32,000 nucleotides of DNA from Erysipelotrichaceae bacterium (GTDB lineage: Bacteria; Bacillota_I; Bacilli_A; Erysipelotrichales; Erysipelotrichaceae), in the NCBI GenBank assembly GCA_030604855.1, contig JAUVVC010000004.1, positions 60,001-92,000 on the forward strand, written 5' to 3'. Below are positions 24,412-32,000 of the stretch, piece after piece (the first letter of the stretch is position 1; every line of letters begins with the position of its first letter). The position numbers and the translations under genes are program-made. The notes beneath the pieces were generated by a model. That model had not been told where the DNA came from, did not search any database, and saw only the letters and a program-made list of their open reading frames with translations.

Positions 24412-26656
24412 ACTCAGCAATAATCTGGATTACTTGCGCTTTGTCCTAAAACGCAATCGTCGTTTCATGATTCTGATGACCTCCGCCATGGTGGTTCTCT
24501 ATCCTGTTTTGGTTCTAACGATCTCATTGATCAATCCGCAAGTCAATGTGAATAATCTTCGTCCAGTCGGACAAGTCTTTACCTTGATCCTCTTGATCGT
24601 ATCTGCCTTGACCATCCCGATTCTTACCCTTGGATATATGAACTCCAAGAAACACTTGGATGTCTATCATGCTCTTCCAATCAAACATCGTGATCTTCTA
24701 AGCATCAATATCATCGCAGCATTTGTCTTGATGCTCATTCCCTTCACCATCGCATGGTTCTTGGGTGGCGTCGTCTCTTTATCCCTTGATTTCACACTTA
24801 TGGATTTAGGCATGACCTGGTTGGGCAGCTTGATGATCGTATCCGCCGTCATGTCCATCCTGATCTTCACCTTGATGCATACTGGTACGAGCATCGATGG
24901 TCTACTTTATGGTTTGGTCTTAAACTTTCTCCCCATCTTGACTTATGGCGCGTACATCGCTTTCAGTGCGATCGTTCTCTTAGGCTTCAATGGCGACTAT
25001 ATCGCTCGTTATGTTGGAATCATCTTCCCCATCTGGTCGATCTTTGAGAATGTGTTTGAGATTGAAATCCGGCTTTGGGATCATATCTTGCTCAATGGTT
25101 TGTATTGGTTGATCATTTCGGCAATCCTGCTTGCCTTGAGTCACATCATCTATGCCAAACGTCGCCATGATAAAGCAGAGAGTCCGTTTACCAACCCATA
25201 CTTCTTCCCAGCGGTCAGTGCGGTGGTATCGGTCGTTCTCATTTTCTTGATGTATGCAGGTTTCTATACCCTCAGTGAAGGAAACAATCAGAACTTCTTC
25301 AATCCATTGAATTTCATCTTCCCGTTCTTCTTCACAGCCGTGATCTACCTGGTGATGGATGTCATCTCGCAGCGCAGCTTCAAGTATTTATACAAAGCCA
25401 TGCTTCGGTATGTGTTTATAGCGGTGGTAGGTTTTGGCTTGTTGTTGGGGGGCTTGGCCTCCAAAGGCTTTGGATACATCACACGGATTCCAGATTTGGA
25501 CGATGTGACACAAATCGCCTTCCGTTTCGATGATTATCAAAACTTCGTCTTACCTGTTCAGTTGAACAACAATTATTACATGACCAATCAATCTGATTTC
25601 ATCTTTACCGATGAAAAAGGCATCGCAGCGATCCATGAACTTCATGAGGTCATTCTCAATGAGTACAAGTGGATCAACTACTCCAATCGCAACTATTGGT
25701 CTTACCCAAATGGTTTAGTGAACACCATTGAAGACTCTGCTGGGTATAAGAAGTCTTATGAAGATTTCCCATACAATGCATCCAGCTATGAAGGTTCTAC
25801 AGTCTATACTTCGATCACCTATACTCTTAAGAATGGCTCGACCATCTCTCGTTCCTACAACATTCCGTATGAATGGACACTGTCGATTCAAGATCTGGCT
25901 TACAACCCCGCTGTGATTAGAGCCCATGCCTTGGCCTTATTTGCGGATGTTCGTTACCCTTATCTCAAACAAATATCTTTAACCAATGCTTTCAGTGACG
26001 CCTACGTCAACTTGGATCCCACTTTCTTTGATTTAGAAAGCTTCAGACAGGTTTACACCGCTGACTTCAATCGTTTAGGGGAACTTGGCAATGAAGCCAT
26101 GGTGAGTCCAACGGCAGGCTACGTCAAGTTCAACCAATGTCGTATGGATACACTTACAAGTGACTGTACGGAATCCAAGATTCTCATCTCTGAGAGACAC
26201 ACCGAAACCCTTGCATACCTAAAAACCATGGATCGAGATTTCCCTGCTTTCGGGAGTGGATCAGATTACAAATTCTTATTATTCCTCCCCGATGGGAAAG
26301 ATGATGATTTCACCTTCTACATGCCGATCGGTCAGAATACTTGGATCAATCAATGGGGCAATTATAGTAAGCTGGGTCAATATTCAAGCACCTATGTCGA
26401 ACTCTCCAAAGAACAGTTTGAACTGATCAAAAATTACACAACGAATATTGGCATCCTCAGTGAAGCCAGTTATAGTTTAAGAGTTGGTAAGAAAATAGGA
26501 TCTGCCAGTCAAAGTGATGGACAGTTTAATCAGTATGAGTTCTTTGGCAATGCCCTTGTCTTGCCAGAATACAAAGATGAGGTGGAAGCACTCATCCAAG
26601 ATCTTCCACGCATCATCATCACCGATCCGTATCAGTTCATGAATCTTAAGCAATAA
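24395..26656 (+). CDS. Large ABC-2-type permease-like membrane protein with a roughly 360-aa C-terminal soluble domain of unknown function
   Basis: 753 aa from MANQFRL (GGAGG RBS 9 nt upstream; overlaps the ATPase gene by 17 nt). About 9-10 hydrophobic helices span the first 390 aa or so, followed by a hydrophilic Y/N/F/D-rich domain. From memory it may correspond to the DUF6449 class. Confidence 0.75.
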   Translation: MANQFRLSNNLDYLRFVLKRNRRFMILMTSAMVVLYPVLVLTISLINPQVNVNNLRPVGQVFTLILLIVSALTIPILTLGYMNSKKHLDVYHALPIKHRDLLSINIIAAFVLMLIPFTIAWFLGGVVSLSLDFTLMDLGMTWLGSLMIVSAVMSILIFTLMHTGTSIDGLLYGLVLNFLPILTYGAYIAFSAIVLLGFNGDYIARYVGIIFPIWSIFENVFEIEIRLWDHILLNGLYWLIISAILLALSHIIYAKRRHDKAESPFTNPYFFPAVSAVVSVVLIFLMYAGFYTLSEGNNQNFFNPLNFIFPFFFTAVIYLVMDVISQRSFKYLYKAMLRYVFIAVVGFGLLLGGLASKGFGYITRIPDLDDVTQIAFRFDDYQNFVLPVQLNNNYYMTNQSDFIFTDEKGIAAIHELHEVILNEYKWINYSNRNYWSYPNGLVNTIEDSAGYKKSYEDFPYNASSYEGSTVYTSITYTLKNGSTISRSYNIPYEWTLSIQDLAYNPAVIRAHALALFADVRYPYLKQISLTNAFSDAYVNLDPTFFDLESFRQVYTADFNRLGELGNEAMVSPTAGYVKFNQCRMDTLTSDCTESKILISERHTETLAYLKTMDRDFPAFGSGSDYKFLLFLPDGKDDDFTFYMPIGQNTWINQWGNYSKLGQYSSTYVELSKEQFELIKNYTTNIGILSEASYSLRVGKKIGSASQSDGQFNQYEFFGNALVLPEYKDEVEALIQDLPRIIITDPYQFMNLKQ

Positions 26657-26684
26657 AAAACAAAGCCCTAGAGCTTTGTTTTAT
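26655..26684. terminator. Bidirectional terminator between the convergent permease and glycosylase genes
   Basis: AAAACAAAGC-cctaga-GCTTTGTTTT. Confidence 0.7.
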
Positions 26685-27304
26685 TCAATATCTTCTTTAT
26701 AGCTGCTTGCTTCCCATAAGTAGAAGGAAGCTGTTGTTTGAAACGGCGCATAACGCAAACTCAATTCATTGAAGAAGTCCTTTGTGACTTCTTTTTTATG
26801 ATAGAGACGAGCAATGCCTTTTCGGATCGCCAAATCATCGTAACTGATCACATCTTGTTTTTTCAGGCTGAACATCGAGACCATTTCGACGGTCCACCTT
26901 CCAACTCCTTTGAGGGGCGTAAGGATGGCTTTGATGGCTTCAAAATCCAAGTCGTATAAAGCATCAAAGTCGATGTCTTCGTTCAACTTAGCGCTTGCGA
27001 TGCCAATGACATAATTGGCTTTAGACATCGATAAGCCTAACGCTCTGATATCCTCAAACGGTGCATCAAGAATCAAATTGGGATCTGCTTCAGGAAAACG
27101 TGTGTAGAAACGATTCGCAATCGTCTGATAGGCTTTGCTGGAAATCTGTTGGGATAAGATACAATCGATGGTCGCAATATAAGGATCTTCAATCCCTGTA
27201 CGTGTGATGGGCCCAACACCTTGAATGAATTTGCCTAGAATGGGATCAACGGAACTTAAGTATTCCATCGCCTCATTCGATGTCTTCATTTCAAAGGTAA
27301 TCAT
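26681..27304 (-). CDS. DNA-3-methyladenine glycosylase II family protein (HhH-GPD, AlkA/Mag-like)
   Basis: 207 aa with the HhH-GPD hallmark LTPLKGVGRWTVEM and an Asp-containing segment SYDDLAIRKG. ATGA overlap with the metG stop. Confidence 0.8.
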   Translation of the reverse strand: MITFEMKTSNEAMEYLSSVDPILGKFIQGVGPITRTGIEDPYIATIDCILSQQISSKAYQTIANRFYTRFPEADPNLILDAPFEDIRALGLSMSKANYVIGIASAKLNEDIDFDALYDLDFEAIKAILTPLKGVGRWTVEMVSMFSLKKQDVISYDDLAIRKGIARLYHKKEVTKDFFNELSLRYAPFQTTASFYLWEASSYKEDIE

Positions 27305-29214
27305 CGAATGATGGCGCCATCTTCCACACTGTGGAAATGCACGATCTCCATTTGCTTGTCCTTTTCACCGACAAGAATCATGCCTTCAGACACAACACCA
27401 CGAAGTTTGACCGGTTTCAGATTCACAACCACTGCGACTTTCAATCCAACAAGATCCTTCGCTTCAAACTTCGGACGCAAGCCACTGACTATTTGACGCA
27501 CCGTCCCATCGATTTGTACTTGTGAAACCAAAAGTTTATCGGAGTCCGGGTGGTTTTCACACTTGAGGATCGTCCCAACGCGTAGATCCAATTTCGCAAA
27601 GTCTTCAATGGTGACTTCAGGCTTTGTTTCAAGTTTAGGGGCTGGAGGATTAAGTTTATTCATGACTTCTTCCGCATCCAAACGCGCAAAGAGCATTTCA
27701 GGTTTCTCGGCCACCTTATGACCAACCTCTAAATTGCCAAAGGTTTCAAGTGATTGTAAATCTCGTTTCTGCGTATCCAGTTGATTTAAGATTTTTGTGG
27801 AGGTTTCTGGCATTGCAGGGGCTAATAGGACACCTGCAAAACGAATGCTTTCTAGTAGATTGTAGAGAACCGTACGTAAACGGTCGTGATTAGCTTCATC
27901 TTTAGCCAAGGACCAAGGCATTGTCTCATCGATGTACTTATTACAACGCTTCAAGAGATCGATCACATGATCAATGGAATCTTGAACACGTAATTTGTCC
28001 ATTGAATTACGAACCTTGCGAGGTGTATCCAAAGCCAAGCTGATCAACTCATCATCAAGCGGTTCAAACTTCTTAGGATTCTCGACATTGCCTTCAAAAT
28101 ATTTATTTGTCATTGCCAAGGTCCGATTGACCAAATTGCCAAGAATATTGGCGAGATCGGAATTGATGCGTTCAATCATGATGTCATACGTCAATGTGCC
28201 ATCTTGTGCAAAGGGCATTTCATGAAGCATGAGGTAGCGCACCGCATCCACACCAAAGAGTTTGACCAAATCATCCGCATAGATGACATTGCCCTTCGAC
28301 TTGCTCATCTTCCCTTCACCCACCAACAACCAAGGGTGACCAAAAACTTGTTTCGGCAATGGAATATCCAATGCCATAAGCATGATCGGCCAATAGATGG
28401 TATGGAAACGCAAAATATCCTTTCCAATCAAATGTAAATCTGCTGGCCAGAAGTCATTGAAACGCTCCGCATGATTTCCATCCGCATCATACCCGATACC
28501 AGTGATGTAGTTGCTTAAAGCATCGATCCATACATAAACGACATGTTTATCATCGAAATCAACGGGGATACCCCATTTGAATGAAGTCCGTGATACCGCG
28601 AGATCTTGAAGACCTGGTTTGATGAAGTTATTGATCATCTCATTCTTACGGGATTCCGGTTGAATGAAATCTGGATGGTCTTCGATGTGTTGAATCAAAC
28701 GATCCGCGTAATTACTTAATTTGAAGAAATAGGATTCTTCCTTCGCTTTATGGACAGGTCCACCGCAATCTGGGCAGTTCCCTTCATTAAGTTGTGTTTC
28801 TGTATAGAATGACTCACATGCCGTGCAGTACCAGCCTTCGTATTCAGATTTGTAGATATCCCCTTGATCATAGAGTTTCTTGAACATCTTCTGAACTTGA
28901 AGTTCATGGTAAGGATCGGTCGTACGCATGAACTTGTCATAACTGGTGTTCATCAAGTCAAAAAGACCTTGAATCACGCCTGCAACTTCATCCACAAAGA
29001 CTTGTGGGGTCTTATTTGCAGCTGCGGCTTTTTCTTCAATCTTCTGTCCGTGTTCATCGGTACCAGTCATGAAGAAAACATTGTGTCCTTCCATGCGCTT
29101 GTAGCGAGCAATGTGATCGGCTAAAACGATCTCATAGATGTTTCCGATATGGGGTTTACCGGATGTATAGGCGATTGCCGTTGTCATAAAGTAATTATTC
29201 TTGGGTTTGCTCAT
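27301..29214 (-). CDS. metG: Methionine--tRNA ligase with a C-terminal tRNA-binding (Trbp111/EMAP-like) domain
   Basis: HIGN motif (GKPHIGNIYE), KMSKS motif, zinc knuckle CTACESF...CPDCGG, and a C-terminal DLRVGTILKCENHPDSDKL. I trimmed the start to MSKPKNN (ATG at 29214) after a GGAGG RBS. Confidence 0.95.
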   Translation of the reverse strand: MSKPKNNYFMTTAIAYTSGKPHIGNIYEIVLADHIARYKRMEGHNVFFMTGTDEHGQKIEEKAAAANKTPQVFVDEVAGVIQGLFDLMNTSYDKFMRTTDPYHELQVQKMFKKLYDQGDIYKSEYEGWYCTACESFYTETQLNEGNCPDCGGPVHKAKEESYFFKLSNYADRLIQHIEDHPDFIQPESRKNEMINNFIKPGLQDLAVSRTSFKWGIPVDFDDKHVVYVWIDALSNYITGIGYDADGNHAERFNDFWPADLHLIGKDILRFHTIYWPIMLMALDIPLPKQVFGHPWLLVGEGKMSKSKGNVIYADDLVKLFGVDAVRYLMLHEMPFAQDGTLTYDIMIERINSDLANILGNLVNRTLAMTNKYFEGNVENPKKFEPLDDELISLALDTPRKVRNSMDKLRVQDSIDHVIDLLKRCNKYIDETMPWSLAKDEANHDRLRTVLYNLLESIRFAGVLLAPAMPETSTKILNQLDTQKRDLQSLETFGNLEVGHKVAEKPEMLFARLDAEEVMNKLNPPAPKLETKPEVTIEDFAKLDLRVGTILKCENHPDSDKLLVSQVQIDGTVRQIVSGLRPKFEAKDLVGLKVAVVVNLKPVKLRGVVSEGMILVGEKDKQMEIVHFHSVEDGAIIR

Positions 29215-29228
29215 GTTTCCTCCTAAAT

Positions 29229-29390
29229 AAAAAAGCATCCTCTAAGGACGCTTTCACGTGGTACCACCTTAGTTCACTTTCGTGCACTCTATCCGTAACG
29301 TGGATCAGCGGGATATCCAGCTCCAAGTTCATCTTCCATCCATTCAACCATAAGCTCTCACCAAACGCTTACTCTCTTGAGATTGAAAAC
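29229..29390 (-). promoter_or_regulatory. T-box riboswitch leader (candidate Met specifier AUG) controlling metG
   Basis: Read on the minus strand: stem I elements CUCAAGAGAGUAAGCG...GGUGAGAGC; a specifier-loop context GGAAG-AUG-AACUUGGAG (AUG at 29330-29332); the T-box sequence AACTAAGGTGGTACCACG (29257-29274); and the terminator AAAGCGTCCT-tag-AGGATGCTTTTTT (29229-29254). Confidence 0.85.
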
Positions 29391-29423
29391 ATGTACTCAA
29401 CTCTTCTTTGCTTTTTCAGTCCT

Positions 29424-29452
29424 ATTATAGTGTCCGAAAAGCACTTTGTAAA
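29424..29452 (-). promoter_or_regulatory. Sigma-A type promoter of the metG T-box leader
   Basis: On the minus strand, TTTACA (29447-29452), a 17-nt spacer, then TATAAT (29424-29429). Confidence 0.7.
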
Positions 29453-29462
29453 GCTGTGAACT

Positions 29463-30083
29463 TTACTGGGTTGAACACTTAACAATGGCTTCCAAAACAC
29501 TTCCACATTGCTCAACACTCAAGCGATCACTGTTGAGAATCAAGTCGTAAGTCGTCCGTCCTCCCCATGGCATAGAGACAAGCGCATCGTGGTAGTGACG
29601 ACGGATATGGTCTTGATTGTGAATATAGTCTGTGATCCAAGGACGATCTTCTTCTTTGATGAAATCCACCTTGGCTTGGATCGGATTCACCTTGGGATCA
29701 ATGTGCGCATACAACAACTTCTGTTCGAAATCATTGGCTTGGATCATTACGGTAAACAAAGCTTCATGATCTTTCAGTGCAGCCATTGCGGCTCTTTCAT
29801 GGATGACACAAGGTCCTAGTTCCGCAGCTTTGATGATCACAGGTTTCAAACGTTCATGGATGGTATGTATTTCCTGGGTAATAGATTCATTGATTATTTT
29901 ATTTTTGAGCTTCTCATCGAGTTCTTGAAGATCATTGAATAAAGTATGATTGTTTGATAAAGCGCATAAAGCTTGATCATCATAATAGGTAAAACCACTT
30001 TTCTTAGCAAAATCCATGGCAATGAAACGACCACGACTGCAGTATTCACTGCTCAATGCAATGACTTTAATATTGGAGTTCAT
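29463..30083 (-). CDS. Cytidylate kinase-like family protein (degenerate P-loop)
   Basis: 206 aa. The N-terminus VIALSSEYCSRGRFIAMDFAKKSGFTYYDDQAL resembles the ITISREYGSGG...YYD pattern of cytidylate-kinase-like proteins. This assignment is from memory only. Confidence 0.5.
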   Translation of the reverse strand: MNSNIKVIALSSEYCSRGRFIAMDFAKKSGFTYYDDQALCALSNNHTLFNDLQELDEKLKNKIINESITQEIHTIHERLKPVIIKAAELGPCVIHERAAMAALKDHEALFTVMIQANDFEQKLLYAHIDPKVNPIQAKVDFIKEEDRPWITDYIHNQDHIRRHYHDALVSMPWGGRTTYDLILNSDRLSVEQCGSVLEAIVKCSTQ

Positions 30084-30196
30084 ATTATGTATTACCTCTC
30101 TAACTTAAGTCTAGTGTAAATCATTTTAAGCATCATTCTGTATATAAATATGATTGAGTACGTCATAAACAATCGTCGTGATATAATAATTGAGTT

Positions 30197-30757
30197 ATGA
30201 AAAAAATCTCTACTTTTGAACTCTTCATCTCCTTCTTCAAGATAAACATGATCACCTTTGGGGGTGGTTATGCCATCATGCCCATCATTAAGAAGGTGTA
30301 TGTGGACGATAAAAAGATCTTGCATGAGGAGGATATGTTGGACCTGATCGCCTTGGCTCAATCCATTCCAGGCGCCATGGCCATCAACACTTCAATGTTG
30401 GTGGGTTATAAACTTCGTGGCACCGTAGGTGCCTTGGTCTCTTTGATTGGGGCGTTCTTACCCCCCCTATTGATCATTTCGATTATTTCCGTATTCTATC
30501 AAATCTTTCAAACCAATCCCATCATTCAAGCCATCCTTGGAGGCATGCGAGGTGCTGTCAGTGCCGTTATGATCTATGCGGCCTATAACATGTTCACATC
30601 CTTACTCAAAACCAATCGAACATTTTCTTTGATTCTTATGTCCGTCGCCTTCCTCTTGGCTTGGTTCAGCAACATTTCCGTTGGGTATATTATGCTCAGT
30701 GCTGGCCTCATCGGTTTCTTGTACTTTGGATACATTAAAGAGAGATTAAGTCTATGA
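30197..30757 (+). CDS. chrA: Chromate transporter family protein (short ChrA, first half of a split pair)
   Basis: 186 aa with the FKINMITFGGGYAIMPII motif and multiple TM segments. Confidence 0.85.
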   Translation: MKKISTFELFISFFKINMITFGGGYAIMPIIKKVYVDDKKILHEEDMLDLIALAQSIPGAMAINTSMLVGYKLRGTVGALVSLIGAFLPPLLIISIISVFYQIFQTNPIIQAILGGMRGAVSAVMIYAAYNMFTSLLKTNRTFSLILMSVAFLLAWFSNISVGYIMLSAGLIGFLYFGYIKERLSL

Positions 30758-31314
30758 GCCTCTTCATTTCACTCTTCATAACCTTCATGCTTATTGGTGT
30801 TTCTGCCTTTGGTGGTGGTTATGCCGTCATGCCATTGATTCAAAACTACATCGTAGAGAATCAGGCTTGGATCACCATGAATGAATTGGCAGACATCACA
30901 TCCATATCGCAGATGACGCCAGGTCCCATCTTCATCAATGCCGCAACCTTCGTAGGCATCAAGGTTGCTGGTCACTTGGGTGGTTTGGTTGCGACGGTTG
31001 GCTCTGTTCTTCCTTCGTTTGGTTTGGTTCTGATTCTTGGCTATCTCTTCGCTAAACACGGTGATCTCTATTTCATCCAAAACATCATGAAAGGTTTGCG
31101 TCCTACCATTGTTGGTTTAATATGGGTTGCGGCGATCACTTTATTCACAACCTCTCTCTTCGTAAGCAATCCCGATGGTTTCTCCATTGAATGGCCAGCA
31201 ACATTAGCCTTCATCGTCGGCTTGATCATCAGTATGAAAACCAAGTGGGATACGCTGGTTATTGTCCTCTGTGGTGCCGGTATTGGTTTACTCTTCTACT
31301 TCTTACCGTTCTAA
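30754..31314 (+). CDS. chrA: Chromate transporter family protein (short ChrA, second half of a split pair)
   Basis: 186 aa with the IGVSAFGGGYAVMPLI motif. ATGA overlap with the first half, the arrangement seen in ywrA/ywrB. Confidence 0.85.
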   Translation: MSLFISLFITFMLIGVSAFGGGYAVMPLIQNYIVENQAWITMNELADITSISQMTPGPIFINAATFVGIKVAGHLGGLVATVGSVLPSFGLVLILGYLFAKHGDLYFIQNIMKGLRPTIVGLIWVAAITLFTTSLFVSNPDGFSIEWPATLAFIVGLIISMKTKWDTLVIVLCGAGIGLLFYFLPF

Positions 31315-31336
31315 GACTGGAAACAGTCTTTTTATT
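31313..31336 (+). terminator. Rho-independent terminator downstream of the chrA pair
   Basis: AAGACTG-gaaa-CAGTCTT followed by a T-run. It overlaps the stop codon. Confidence 0.7.
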
Positions 31337-31414
31337 ACTATGATTATTTAATTTGTCTTAAGTATATCGTGTTGTAGTATATCGCAATATAGCTTTTAAG
31401 TATCCTTTTATCCT

Positions 31415-31440
31415 ATTATAAAGGGTTGAAAACTCAACCC
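31415..31440 (-). terminator. Rho-independent terminator downstream of rsmI
   Basis: The minus strand reads GGGTTGA-gttt-TCAACCC followed by TTTATAAT. Confidence 0.55.
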
Positions 31441-32000
31441 TTAATGTTCCTTATGATGATACGAGGCATAGACCTCATTTTTACTGAGTCCAACCTCTTG
31501 AGCCACCAATTTAATGGCTTGTGATGCGCTGACACCGCCTTCGATGTAGATCTGAATCCTTTGATGAATCTCTGTCAAATCCACAACCTTCTCACGATCA
31601 CTGATATTCCCTTCCATGACCAAGACGATCTCACCTTTTAGATCGTCCGCGATCTCAATCAATTCTGAGATCGTTCCGCGTATAAATTCTTCATACACTT
31701 TGGTCAACTCCCGTGCCAAGACCGCTTTGCGATCTCCGACAATGGGAAGCATTCGCTCCAGTGTTTTTTTGATGCGATGAGGTGCTTCATAGAAAACCAA
31801 GGTATACGGATAGGCCTTAAGTTGATTCAACTCTTGGCGACATTCCTTTTCCTGTAAAGGTAAGAAGCCATAAAACAAGAACGGTTGAGCTGGAAGTCCC
31901 GATGCGATCAAGGCATCCAGAACAGCGCTTGCCCCAGAAATGGGTACGACATTGAAGCCGGCATCTAAAACGGTTTGCACAACGGTTGCGCCGGGATCAC
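31441..32000 (-). CDS. rsmI: 16S rRNA (cytidine1402-2-prime-O)-methyltransferase, C-terminal part; the 5-prime end lies outside the window
   Basis: Contains SGASAVLDALIASGLP, FLFYGFLP and LVFYEAPHRI. The frame stays open to the window edge. Confidence 0.85.
   Translation of the reverse strand, partial: DPGATVVQTVLDAGFNVVPISGASAVLDALIASGLPAQPFLFYGFLPLQEKECRQELNQLKAYPYTLVFYEAPHRIKKTLERMLPIVGDRKAVLARELTKVYEEFIRGTISELIEIADDLKGEIVLVMEGNISDREKVVDLTEIHQRIQIYIEGGVSASQAIKLVAQEVGLSKNEVYASYHHKEH

Noticed and set aside
30471-30477. C7 homopolymer inside the first chrA gene, as a possible phase-variation tract.
   Set aside because: The tract is short, in frame and encodes LPPLL within a conserved TM region. 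There is no evidence of slippage and no alternative frame with coding potential.
31358-31403. Short repeats (AGTATATCG twice, TTAAGTAT twice) in the chrA/rsmI convergent spacer, considered as a possible small RNA or binding site.
   Set aside because: The repeats are 8-9 nt long in AT-rich DNA between two terminators, with no promoter-like element or stable structure. This is too little signal to call.
1-32000. Searched by eye for tRNA/rRNA genes, CRISPR repeats, transposase or integrase genes, inverted terminal repeats and recognisable defence-system genes.
   Set aside because: None were seen. All long ORFs are accounted for by housekeeping or transporter/regulator families, so no mobile element or defence island is claimed.

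Overview
This is a chromosomal window from a low-GC Gram-positive (Bacillota-type) genome. It is densely packed, and most genes are minus-strand housekeeping genes. Gene content and order recall two Bacillus neighbourhoods, metS-yabD-yabE-rnmV-ksgA-ispE...glmU-prs and gidA-gidB-noc-soj-spo0J, but here they are rearranged and fused.

From left to right the window holds:
- The 3-prime end of addA.
- A MarR-controlled heterodimeric ABC exporter operon.
- prs and glmU, then three small accessory genes (ArsC-family, VOC, DUF6440-like).
- ispE, rsmA and rnmV, followed by a YabE-like 3D-domain lipoprotein.
- A plus-strand cassette of a 4-TM membrane protein, an XRE regulator and an MDR oxidoreductase.
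- A long coupled minus-strand block, mnmG-rsmG-noc-like-parA-parB-mnmE-RDD-tatD.
- A ferritin-like/VIT1 transporter and a GNAT acetyltransferase.
- A plus-strand four-gene module: YtrA-type GntR regulator, sensor-less histidine-kinase core, ABC ATPase and a 753-aa permease.
- An AlkA-type glycosylase coupled to a T-box-controlled metG.
- A cytidylate-kinase-like protein, a split ChrA pair, and the 3-prime part of rsmI.

I saw no rRNA, tRNA, CRISPR array, transposase or obvious prophage or defence genes. The best candidate for something undescribed is the GntR/kinase-core/ABC module at about 22.4-26.7 kb. It has a complete HisKA+HATPase core with no input domain and no response regulator anywhere in the window. 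That core is translationally coupled between a receiver-less repressor and a transporter whose permease carries a roughly 360-aa C-terminal domain with no motif I could recognise by eye. All functional calls rest on motif reading of the supplied translations; no database search was possible.
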